This document shows positions 51,440 through 64,000 of a stretch of DNA of 64,000 bases, one piece after another. Position 1 is the stretch's first letter. Each line of letters begins with the position of its first letter. Source of the DNA: Macrostomum lignano (lineage: Eukaryota); NCBI GenBank assembly GCA_002269645.1, contig NIVC01003537.1:1-64000 (forward strand). The letters run 5' to 3'. A model generated the notes under the pieces. The model was not told where the DNA came from. It saw only the letters and a program-made list of their open reading frames with translations, and made no database searches. Position numbers and translations under genes: made by a program.

Positions 51440-51848
51440 CTGAGATGCCAAGGCTCAATGGGGGAATTGCTGAGATGCCCAATGGCTCAATGGGGGAGTT
51501 GCTGAGATGCCATGGCTCAATGGGGGAGTTGCTGAGATGCCATGGCTCAATGGGGGAGTTGCTGAGATGCCATGGCTCAATGGGGGAGTTGCTGAGATGC
51601 CATGGCTCAATGGGGGGGAGTTGCTGAGATGCCAAGGCTCAATGGGGGAGTTGCTGAGATGCCAAGGCTCAATGGGGGGGAGTTGCTGAGATGCCAAGGC
51701 TCAATGGGGGAGTTGCTGAGATGCCATGGCTCAATGGGGGGGAGTTGCTGAGATGCCAAGGCTCAATGGGGGAGTTGCTGAGATGCCAAGGCTCAATGGG
51801 GGAGTTGCTGAGATGCCATGGCTCAATGGGGGAGTTGCTGAGATGCCA
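51440..51848 (-). repeat. Same 26-28-bp satellite as 37170-40280, inverted, about 0.4 kb
   Basis: gagttgctgagatgccatggctcaatgggg units are the reverse complement of the upstream array. Confidence 0.95.
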
Positions 51849-51865
51849 GTTGGCCAGGTCAGGCC

Positions 51866-51940
51866 AGGTCAGTCCAGGCGTCTCTGCAGTGAGACAGTTG
51901 GCCTACCAATCGGTTCTCTGGCTCACTTTGGATTGACTCG
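51866..51940 (-). pseudogene. Lectin-cluster relic E (duplicated piece of CTLD1)
   Basis: ccaggcgtctctgcagtgagacagttggcctaccaatcggttctc nearly matches 50712-50770. Confidence 0.75.
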
Positions 51941-52489
51941 GAAGAGAGATTCAAAAGTAATCTTTTCAGCGATTTTTTTGTTAACGACCTATTCAGAACA
52001 TGTAGTAATCAAGTAAACTTTTCTTTGCCTGCGCTGCAGCTGATAAAGACAAGCCAGCGTCAGGGGCCTCTGTTCCTACCTGGACTGGGCAACAAAATCC
52101 GGATGCAGAACAGCACAAAAAGTGTCCTTGGCTTAGTTTCAACTTTTCATCCAATTTTTTATGACAGGCAATAGAGAAAGTGGCGCAGCTGAGGGTGGGG
52201 GGCATGCGGTGTCTCGGAAATGTCATCGAGAGCTGCTTTGCAGTCTGCAGGCGAAATCTTGGCTTCGGCACGGGAACACGCGGCTTTAGAGAAATTTCGA
52301 ATTTGAAATGGCAAGCGGCCGGTGCGAGTCCCGCCGCGCACTCGATCCGGGCTGGCTGAGGAAGAAGCGAAGAGGCTGGCCGCCCCCGCATGGAAGTTGG
52401 GCCGAGGAGCACTAATTATAGCTGCGATTTGGACTGCCCGCCTCTCCTTCAGCTAATGAGTTATTTTAATAAAATTTCTGAGCCAATAA

Positions 52490-52720
52490 GCCTCCCAGAG
52501 CCCCAGTTACTGGGCCACGAGCCTCCCAAATTCTCTGTTGCTGAGCCACCAGCCTCCCAGATCCTCAGTTGCTGGGCCACCAGTCTCCCAGATCCTCAGT
52601 TGCTGAGCCAGTCTCCCAGATCCTCAGTTGCTGAGCCAGTCTCCCAGATCCTCAGTTGCTGAGCCAGTCTCCCAGATCCTCAGTTGCTGGGCCACCAGCC
52701 TCCCAGATCCTCACTTGCTG
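52490..52720. repeat. CCCAGATCCTCAGTTGCTG(A/G)GCCA tandem repeat
   Basis: About six 29-36 bp units. Confidence 0.8.
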
Positions 52721-53013
52721 GGACTTTATGAGTCAGCTTCCACTCCAGATTCTGCCACATCATAGCTCGCCTTGGCCCCATCGATTTGACGCCCGCAATC
52801 CAGCAGCAGCTGTTCCGCCGTCAGCCAATCCGGATGAAATCCGAGCCGCGAAGCAGCCACTCGTCGGATTAATGTCTTCTGAGCCGCGGATAAAGGTTGG
52901 CGCAACAGACCGGGAGCTGCCGGATCCTCGATTGCTTTCGACTGGCAGACAGCGGCGGATCAGCACAGGACGCGACTTCTATTTCGAGTTGGTAGCAAAA
53001 CAGTTACCTTGCA

Positions 53014-54650
<1,637 letters not shown>

Positions 54651-55046
54651 TTCTTGGAAAGTTCGGAAACGGGCAACACCGGAGACTGCCATATTTTATA
54701 GCGTTTTATACTTCGTTATTTCGATTTTACCTTTGGCCAATAATCTTTTCCTACTTTATCAAATTTGTTGACTGCTTCTTGAGGAACTACATGTACGAGC
54801 TGTATTAACGACCGATTTCTTGGAAATCAAACCCGGAAAAACTGGAATTAGGTCAAGCTTTACTTGACTAAATGCAGAACAACTTTCAAACTTAGGGTGA
54901 AGACCAAAGAATGTTTAGGCTAATGGACTGATTGATCAAGACAAACCTGCTTTTAACAAAATTATGCACTCTCTAAAAAAAACTTTACCCCCGGCTGCCG
55001 ATGCGCAGTTTCTTAATCCGCAATTCGTGTTTTTTAACAGGTCTTA

Positions 55047-55436
<390 letters not shown>

Positions 55437-55825
55437 CATCTATCCCTACCCGACAAAGATTATTTATGCCTTGGCGACAACCTGGACGGCAGGCTCGGAT
55501 AATCAAATCAGCCGTCTTGTGGTCACCGGCCAGCCAGGCAGAGTGCAGCAGTGGCAAGATGAGGCCGCTCAGCATCCTCGCACAGGCTATTAATTTCATC
55601 CTCCGGCCCTCTGAGCCTGACTCGATCCCAATTTTCTATCACACGCTGTCATCGAGTTTGAGTCAAGTTTGTTATGGGTGCATCTGCCGTGCAGCAAACG
55701 TTTGCCTTTGCTCAAAGCAGTGGCCTTTCACTGCGTGCACAAGTGAATAATTAGACTTGAAAATTCATTTTCAAATTTAACCTGTAGAACTTGCCTTTAT
55801 GAGGGTATCAAGATCTCAAGAATTG

Positions 55826-56232
55826 CGTCAGGATATCTATAGTTGGGTTTCAGGATGTCTATAGTTGGGTGTCAGGATGTCTATATTGAGTGTCATGATG
55901 TCTATAGTTGAGTGTCAGGATGTCTATAGTTGAGTGTCAGGATGTCTATAGTTGGGTTTCAGGATGTCTATAGTTGAGTGTCAGGATGTCTATATTGAGT
56001 GTCAGGATGTCTATAGTTGAGTGTCAGGATGTCTATAGTTGAGTGTCAGGATGTCTATAGTTGAGTGTCAGAATGTCTATATTGAGTGTCAGGATGTCTA
56101 TAGTTGACTGTCAGGATGTCTATAGTTGAGTGTCAGGATGTCTATAGTTGAGTGTCAGCATGTCTATAGTTGAGTGTCAGGATATCTATAGTTGAGTGTC
56201 AGGATGTCTATATTGAGTGTCAGGATGTCTAT
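55826..56232. repeat. 22-bp minisatellite GAGTGTCAGGATGTCTATAGTT
   Basis: About 18 units. Confidence 0.95.
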
Positions 56233-56826
56233 AAATGTATATCTAGGAGATTGAAATTGAGAGCTACCTGAAAACATCAGTATGGGACATGCATATTGAG
56301 TTGCATATCTATTGGCCGGTTGCAGTCATTGGCCAATGAAATATTGATTAAAATAGCCTTACATCTGCATGTATAGATAAAGTATTCATAGTGGCACGGG
56401 TGACACTGCATCAGTAAAGCGGCACTATTCAGCCATTTGAAACTCAAATCATAACTAATAAAACCGATGGCTATGCAAGAAGTGGCACTCATGATGGAGC
56501 CGCTGGAATATTGGACCAACAGGCGACTGAAGGGCACCGCATCAGCCAGCGACAACAGCGATGACTACGCGGCAGGTGCTTCATCATCGGTGCCAATCGA
56601 TGCTCAAGGATGCTGCAGAGATGACAGGAGCGGCAGAAGGATCGTCTGCTCAGCTCTGGTGCTGCTGCTCCTGCTCACTCTGCTGCTGCTGTTGCTGCTG
56701 CAGAGGTCAGTAGAGGCCCGAATTAGCGGCGGCAACATCAAAGGAGGAGAAGGAACAGCGACTGTGCCGATGAGTGCTTGCAATGAGACTGCGGACTGCG
56801 CTTGACCTGGGAATGGGGCCAGCTGA

Positions 56827-57530
56827 GGTCACTGGATTAGAATGAAGGTCATTTGAGGTCACTGGACTAGAATGAAGGTCAGTTGAGGTCATTGGATTAG
56901 AATGAAGGTCACTTGAGGTCACTGGATTAGAATGAAGGTCAGTTGAAGTCATTGGATTAGAATGAAGGTCATTTGAGGTCATTGGATTAGGATGAAGGTC
57001 AGTTGAAGTCATTGGATTAGAATGAGGGTCATCTGAGGTCATTGGATTAGAATGAGGGTCATCTGAGGTCATTGGATTAGAATGAGGGTCATCTGAGGTC
57101 ATTGGATTAGAATGAAGGTCAGTTGAAGTCATTGGATTAGAATGAAGGTCATCAGAGGTCATTGGATTAGGATGAAGGTCATCAGAGGTCATTGGACTAG
57201 AATGAAGGTCACTTGAGGTCATTGGGTTAGAATGAAGGTTATCAGAGGTCACTAAATTAGAATGAGGGTCATCTGAGGTCACTGGACTAGAATGAGGGTC
57301 ACCTGAGGTCTTTGGATTAAAATGAAGTTCACCTGAGGTCATATGATCAGGATTAGAGACACTTAAGGTCATTGTATGAGGGTGAGAATGAGGGTCACCT
57401 GAGGTCATTGGATTAAAATGAGGGTCGCCAAGATCATAAGATCAGAATTAGGGTCACCTGAGGTCATATGATTGCAAAGAGGGTCATCTGAAGTCATTGG
57501 ATTAGAATAGGCGGTCATCTGAGGTCATGG
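56827..57530. repeat. 30-bp minisatellite (GAATGA(A/G)GGTCATCTGAGGTCATTGGATTA) carrying a DR4 motif
   Basis: About 20 units, degenerating towards the 3' end. Confidence 0.92.
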
Positions 57531-58319
57531 CAGACTCAGTCATTAGATATTTTAGTGCATGCACCTCTAAAAAGGCCTCAGAAGAGTGGACAGTATCTTG
57601 AGTCTAAATCGGTGCAGATGTCCAACGATATGTATAATAAAGGACAAATTGTCATATCAATCATTAATTGTTCAAGTAATAAATTTCGAAAAAAGTATTG
57701 ATTAATTTCAATCACAAATATAATGATTGATTATGAATTGTTGTTTGTCCGATAAATGACCGTGACTAGAATTTAAATTTAATAATAAATTAATATGTAT
57801 ATTTAATAACACGTACTACTGAATAAGCATATATATAAGTAGTTGCACAGCATGAAAGCATTAAAAAAGAAAATTAACTAAAAATAAAAATACTACTGGT
57901 GTAAAAGCGGGTTGGTAAATACTTGAAACAGAAGCTTTTAAGGCTAATTAATAATAGTAGCAAGGCAGCGCAGAAGCAGTTAAAGGAAATAAATAAATAT
58001 TACTATAATTTCTAAAATAAACATTATAAAACATTCATGGAAGCTGAGCCATGAAAATTGTCGCTATTATTTAAAAATTCTGTGGATAAGTCAATAGAAA
58101 AGCATACTGCACTACTTTTTATTCGTGTGAGTAGAATACTTAGCGAATTGCAAGCGGTTTATTAAAAAAATAACAAAATTAATCGATATGCACTTAACAT
58201 ACTGCTAACAATATCAGCGCTCACATTCGAAAAAAACTGATTGCAAATGCCATATTAAAGAACAAAAAACCACAATTTCTGGATATTTTTGCAAACTTAA
58301 CTTAAACAAGATTTTTCAA

Positions 58320-58450
58320 ATCTCACTATGAGATTTCGAATCTCACTACGAGATATCTAATCTCACTATGAAATTTCTAATCTCACAATGAGATTTCTAG
58401 GCTCAAAATGAGATTTCTAATCTCACTATTAGATTTCTAGTGTTACCATG
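58320..58450. repeat. 20-bp repeat TCTCACTATGAGATTTCTAA
   Basis: About six units. Confidence 0.8.
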
Positions 58451-58635
58451 AGATTGCAGCACTCAATAAAGTGATTTTAAATTAGCAGAGGAAAGCAAAA
58501 TAATTTGGAGCTGCAAAAATCAATAAAACAAAATATAGTTATGACGACACAAAAATATTATTTTTCTGAACCAGAAAATATGAACAAACTTTCGAAAAGT
58601 GCTCTGACAGTTAATGACATTTGAGGGTCAGCCGG

Positions 58636-61600
58636 TCACACCTTGGAATTCCGCCGCCAAATGGAAGTGAACATGGACACGAAACTGGGCATCACGAAAG
58701 ACTGAAAAAGTGCAAAGGAGAGAGTAATGGATTACTAATGGCCCAGTTGTTACAGAATTACAGAAATTAAAAATAGAGTACAGATAGGCCACCCCAGATT
58801 ACAGAAACCCAAAACCAGATTACAGAATCGCCAATCCAGATTACAGAATCGCCACTCCAGATTACAGAATCGCCAATCCAGATTACAGAATCGCCACTCC
58901 AGATTACAGAATCGCCAATCCAGATTACAGAAACCCAAAACCAGATTACAGAATCGCCAATCCAGATTACAGAATCGCCACTCCAGATTACAGAATCGCC
59001 ACTCCAGATTACAGAATCGCCAATCCAGATTACAGAATCGTCACTCCAGATTACAGAATCGCCACTCCAGATTACAGAATCGTCACTCCAGATTACAGAA
59101 TCGTCACTCTAGATTACAGAATCGTCACTCCAGATTACAGAATCGTCACTACAGATTACAAAATCGTCACTCCAGATTACAGAATCGCCACTCCAGATTA
59201 CAGAATCGTCCCTACAGATTACAGAATCGTCACTTCAGATTACAGAATCGTCACTCTAGATTACAGAATCGTCACTTCAGATTACAGAATCGTCACTTCA
59301 GATTACAGAATCGTCACTTCAGATTACAGAATCGTCACTCCAGATTACAGAATCGTCACTACAGATTACAGAATCGTCACTCCAGATTACAGAATCGTCA
59401 CTACAGATTACAAAATCGTCACTCCAGATTACAGAATCGTCACTCCAGATTACAGAATCGCCACTCCAGATTACAGAATCGTCCCTACAGATTACAGAAT
59501 CGTCACTTCAGATTACAGAATCGTCACTCTAGATTACAGAATCGTCACTTCAGATTACAGAATCGTCACTTCAGATTACAGAATCGTCACTTCAGATTAC
59601 AGAATCGTCACTCCAGATTACAGAATCGCCAATCCAGATTACAGAATCGTCACTACAGATTACAGAATCGTCACTTCAGATTACAGAATAGTCACTTCAG
59701 ATTACAGAATCGTCACTTTAGATTACAGAATCGTCACTTCAGATTACAGAATCGCCACTCCAGGTTACAGAATCGGCACTCCAGGTTACAGAATCGTCAC
59801 TCCAGATTACAGAATCGTCACTCCAGATTACAGAATCGTCACTACAGGTTACAGAATCGCCAATCCAGATTACAGAATCGTCACTCCAGGTTACAGAATC
59901 GTCACTTCAGATTACAGAATCGTCACTCCAGATTACAGAATCGTCACTACAGGTTACAGAATCGCCAATCCAGATTACAGAATCGTCACTCCAGGTTACA
60001 GAATCGTCACTTCAGATTACAGAATCGTCACTTCAGATTACAGAATCGCCACTCCAGGTTACAGAATCGCCACTCCAGGTTATAGAATCGTCACTCCAGG
60101 TTACAGAATCTTCCATCCAGGTTACAGAAACGCCACCGCAGACTAAGCTACAAACTCTCACCGTTCTATTGTGGCCCTCAGTCTCCGTGGCCTCATCAGC
60201 AGTCGCAGCCTCAGTCCTGGCCGCAGCAGTCCGGGAGTCCAGGCATTTCTGATAGCGCAGGTTGCAGGCAGCCTGCACAGTCTTGCACAGAGCACCGCAG
60301 TCGGGTTCGCACCGGCACAGGTGACATTCGGAACAGCCGGCGGCATTTTGAAACACCAGCCCAGCCAGCTGCACAGAGCGCCTGCTGACGCCCATGAATC
60401 TTAGGAATCGAACCCGGAACTCCACCCGAGCGGGCAGACAGTCGTTAATCACGATGCTGATAGTCGATGGCGAGGCCATCAATACAGCAGACTCGGCGGA
60501 TTTCAACAGGACAATTGAGTCAATAGCCGAGTTGAGCTGGTCAATATCAATGCTAGAGGAGTTGGCATTGTGCCTGTGTTGGTCCATGAGACACGAGCCC
60601 AGGTACTGGCAGGGCACACATTTCTGAGGCTCAGCTTGCGGCGTGGGGAACAGGGCGAGGCTGAGGGGACGGCGCCTACTAGAGCTGGTAGAATTTGAAT
60701 TAACCGATCCAGGCTCCGGTGATGAGGCTGGAGAAGCTGAGGAATTTGACGCGCTCATCATCATCATGAGCAGTTTGCAGCGGTGGCACAGGGCATTGGC
60801 CAGATTTGCGGCTGCGCTGGTGTCCGGCTGGCAGTGGAACACGTGACAAACAAATGCCCGATTCGAACCCGGGCCCCCCACCTGTTCGCGGCTTACGTAG
60901 GCAAAATTCGGGCCAGAAGCGCCCCAGAGTCGGATGGAGAGCAGAGGCTGAGGCCGGGGAGAGTCCTTGGCCAGTGACTGGCCAGGACAGTACGTGAGCA
61001 GTTTCCAGTCCAGCTGCAGATAGCTGTCAAGGACTCCCGCATCGGTTGGACTGCCTGGTGCTGCTGCGGACACAGCTCGAATGCACTGATTGACAGCTCG
61101 GCTGGATCGGTTTGAGCAGACAATATCTGAGTTGTCAACCCGGCGCCAGCCCAAGTAGTGAGCGCTAAACTGCAGTGACTCGGGTGACTCGGCAACGGAG
61201 GCTGCGACAGTGGCTGATGAGCTCGAGGCCTCAGGTGATGCAGCTCGGGTTGAGCTGCTGGGCGCTGAGTCGGGTGGAGGGCTCTGCACCGGTGATGGGA
61301 TGATGGCCGCTGCGTGAGGGTGGGGGAGGCAGTCAGCAGGGACGATAAGTCTGTTATAAACCAGCGCATTTTAAGCTTATCCACTCGTGACCCAGTGACC
61401 TCAGATGACCCATCGGATTCAACAGAGACTACATAGTTACTGACCTCAGTTGACCCAAGACTACATGGTTACTGACCTCAGTTGACCCAAGACTACATGG
61501 TTACTGACCTCAGTTGACCCAAGACTACATAGTTACTGACCTCAGTTGACCCAAGACTACATGGTTACTGACCTCAGTTGACCCAAGACTACATAGTTAC

Positions 61601-63571
61601 TGACCTCAGTTGACCCAAGACTACATAGTTACTGACCTCAGTTGACCCAAGACTACATAGTTAATGACTTCAGTTGACCCAAGACTACATAGTTACTGAC
61701 CTCAGTTGACCCAAGACTACATAGTTACTGACTTCAGTTGACCCAAGACTACATAGTTACTGACCTCAGTTGACCCAAGACTACATGGTTACTGACCTCA
61801 GTTGACCCAAGACTACATAGTTACTGACTTCAGTTGACCCAAGACTACATAGTTACTGACCTCAGTTGACCCAAGACTACATAGTTACTGACCTCAGTTG
61901 ACCCAAGACTACATAGTTACTGACCTCAGTTGACCCAAGAATACATTGTTACTGACCTCAGTTGACCCAAGACTACATAGTTACTGACTTCAGTTGACCC
62001 AAGACTACATAGTTACTGACCTCAGTTGACCCAAGACTACATAGTTACTGACCTCAGTTGACCCAAGACTACATAGTTACTGACCTCAGTTGACCCAAGA
62101 CTACATAGTTACTGACCTCAGTTGACCCAAGACTACATAGTTACTGACTTCAGTTGACCCAAGACTACATAGCTACTGACCTCAGTTGACCCAAGACTAC
62201 ATAGCTACTGACTTCAGTTGACCCAAGACTACATAGCTGACCTCAGTTGACCCAAGACTACATAGCTGACCTCAGTTGACCCAAGACTACATAGTTACTG
62301 ACCTCAGTTGACCCAAGACTACATAGCTACTGCCCTCAGTTGACCCAAGACTACATAGCTGACCTCAGTTGACCCAAGACTACATAGCTGACCTCAGTTG
62401 ACCCAAGACTACATAGCTGACCTCAGTTGACCCAAGACTACATAGTTACTGACCTCAGTCGACCCAAGACTACATAGATACTGACCTCAGTTGACCCAAG
62501 ACTACATAGTTACTGACCTCAGTTGACCCAAGACTACAGTTACTGACCTCAGTTGACCCAAGACTACATGGTTACTGACCTCAGTTGACCCAAGACTACA
62601 TAGCTGACCTCAGTTGACCCAAGACTACATAGTTACTGACCTCAGTCGACCCAAGACTACATAGATACTGACCTCAGTTGACCCAAGACTACATGGTTAC
62701 TGACCTCAGTTGACCCAAGACTACATAGTTACTGACCTCAGTTGACCCAAGACTACATGGTTACTGACCTCAGTTGACCCAAGACTACATGGTTACTGAC
62801 TTCAGTTGACCCAAGACTACATGGTTACTGACCTCAGTTGACCCAAGACTGCATAGTTACTGACCTCAGTTGACCCAAGACTACATAGTTACTGACCTCA
62901 GTTGACCCAAGACTACATGGTTACTGACCTCAGTTGACCCAAGACTACATAGTTACTGACCTCAGTTGACCCAAGACTGACCTCAGTTGACCCAAGACTA
63001 CATAGTTACTGACCTCAGTTGACCCAAGACTACATAGTTACTGACCTCAGTTGACCCAAGACTGACCTCAGTTGACCCAATACTACATAGTTACTGACCT
63101 CAGTTGACCCAAGACTACATAGTTACTGACCTCAGTTGACCCAAGAATACATTGTTACTGACCTCAGTTGACCCAAGACTACATAGTTACTGACCTCAGT
63201 TGACCCAAGACTACATAGTTACTGACCTCACATGGCCTAGGACCTACCAGCCGAGCCTCGCAATAAGAAGTCCCAACAAGAGTTCGAATGCTCACCTCCC
63301 CCGCCGCTGAAGTAGAAGCTCCTGGGCCTGCTGGGCTGGTCCCCGGGAGCGGGCGGATCCCGCTGAATCGTACCGGAAGGCACATGCCAGTAGTAGTCGC
63401 CAATATCGTCTTCGTGTCGCTCCCATCCGGTGGGCAGTCGCAGGCAGTAGCTGGAGGTCGGGCAGCTGCTCACCCCGCTGTCCGGAGAGCTCACCCGAGC
63501 TGGCTTGGCCTGTGCTCGCTGGGACTTTGCCAATTCGGTGTCCGAGTTTAGACTCGGGCTTGAGGCGGAGG
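58636..63571 (-). CDS. APBB: Fe65/APBB family adaptor (WW-PTB-PTB), 5'-incomplete; exons 63571-63296, 61309-60162, 58701-58636 (last exon may end at 58642 and splice on)
   Basis: WW domain LPTGWERHED..GDYYWHVPSGTIQRDPP. PID1 F..HYLGW, AVNQCIR, IRLWG, FAYVSRE, FVCHVFHC. PID2 YLGS, RVRFLRFMGV, CHL.RCEPD.GAL.KTVQAAC.LRYQKCLD. AG/GT sites are phase-compatible. Confidence 0.92.
58790..60125. repeat. 21-bp minisatellite CCAGATTACAGAATCGTCACT in an APBB intron
   Basis: About 63 units. Confidence 0.97.
61425..63230. repeat. 31-bp minisatellite GTTACTGACCTCAGTTGACCCAAGACTACATA in an APBB intron, carrying a DR4 motif
   Basis: About 57 units filling most of intron 61310-63295. Confidence 0.97.
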
Positions 63572-63619
63572 CTGACAATGGAAGAAAATATGAGCTTATT
63601 CGTATGCGGATGGAGCAGA

Positions 63620-64000
63620 TAGTGTCTAGGGTCATCCAAGGTCAGTGCAAGTAGTGTCTAGGGTCATCCAAGGTTAGTGGAAGTAGTGTCTAGGGTCATC
63701 CAAGGTCAGTGCAAGTAGTGTCTAGGGTCATCCAAGGTCAGTGCAAGTAGTGTCTAGGGTCATCCGAGGTCAGTAAGTAGTGTCTAGGGTCATCCGAGAT
63801 CAGCAAGTAGTGTCTAGGGTCATCCGAGGTCAGCAAGTAGTGTCTAGGGTCATCCGAGGTCAGTAAGTAGTGTCTAGGGTCATCCGAGATCAGCAAGTAG
63901 TGTCTAGGGTCATCCGAGGTCAGCAAGTAGTGTCTATGGGTCATCGGAGGTCAGTGCAAGTAGTGTCTAGGGTCATCCGAGATCAGCAAGTAGTGTCTAG
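63620..64000. repeat. ~30-bp minisatellite AGTAGTGTCTAGGGTCATCCGAGGTCAG(C/T)A in an APBB intron, carrying a DR4 motif
   Basis: At least 12 units; runs off the window end. Confidence 0.95.

Noticed and set aside
56707-57408. 233-aa MTSDD-repeat ORF
   Set aside because: Translation of the 30-bp minisatellite.
60033-60161. C-terminus of the 418-aa APBB ORF (SVTWS repeats)
   Set aside because: Read-through past the donor ACG|gtgaga at 60162 into the 21-bp intronic minisatellite.

Overview
Eukaryotic (metazoan) genomic DNA. GC-rich exons, AT-rich introns with GT-AG sites, and very dense micro/minisatellites suggest a free-living flatworm such as Macrostomum (inference from style only). Well-supported host genes: a PGRMC/MAPR cytochrome-b5-like gene (3 exons, +), a muscle-type myosin regulatory light chain (5 exons, +) and an Fe65/APBB WW-PTB-PTB adaptor (-, 5' end outside the window). 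A cluster of intronless secreted-protein genes sits in a tail-to-tail inverted duplication at about 37-52 kb: one copy has two C-type lectin domains plus a ConA/LamG-like domain, one has only the ConA/LamG-like domain, and there are three relics. The 16-33 kb and 42-48 kb regions hold decayed transposons (hAT with nested MITE, P/THAP, Crypton, two gypsy-type LTR remnants, an APE-type LINE, mariner, a tRNA-derived SINE). Two observations stand out. First, the lectin paralogues have near-identical 5' regions but hypervariable segments on a conserved scaffold. Second, three different minisatellites in and beside the Fe65 gene each carry a perfect DR4 nuclear-receptor-type element (RGGTCA-N4-AGGTCA) in their repeat unit. 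All calls come from reading the sequence; no database search was run.
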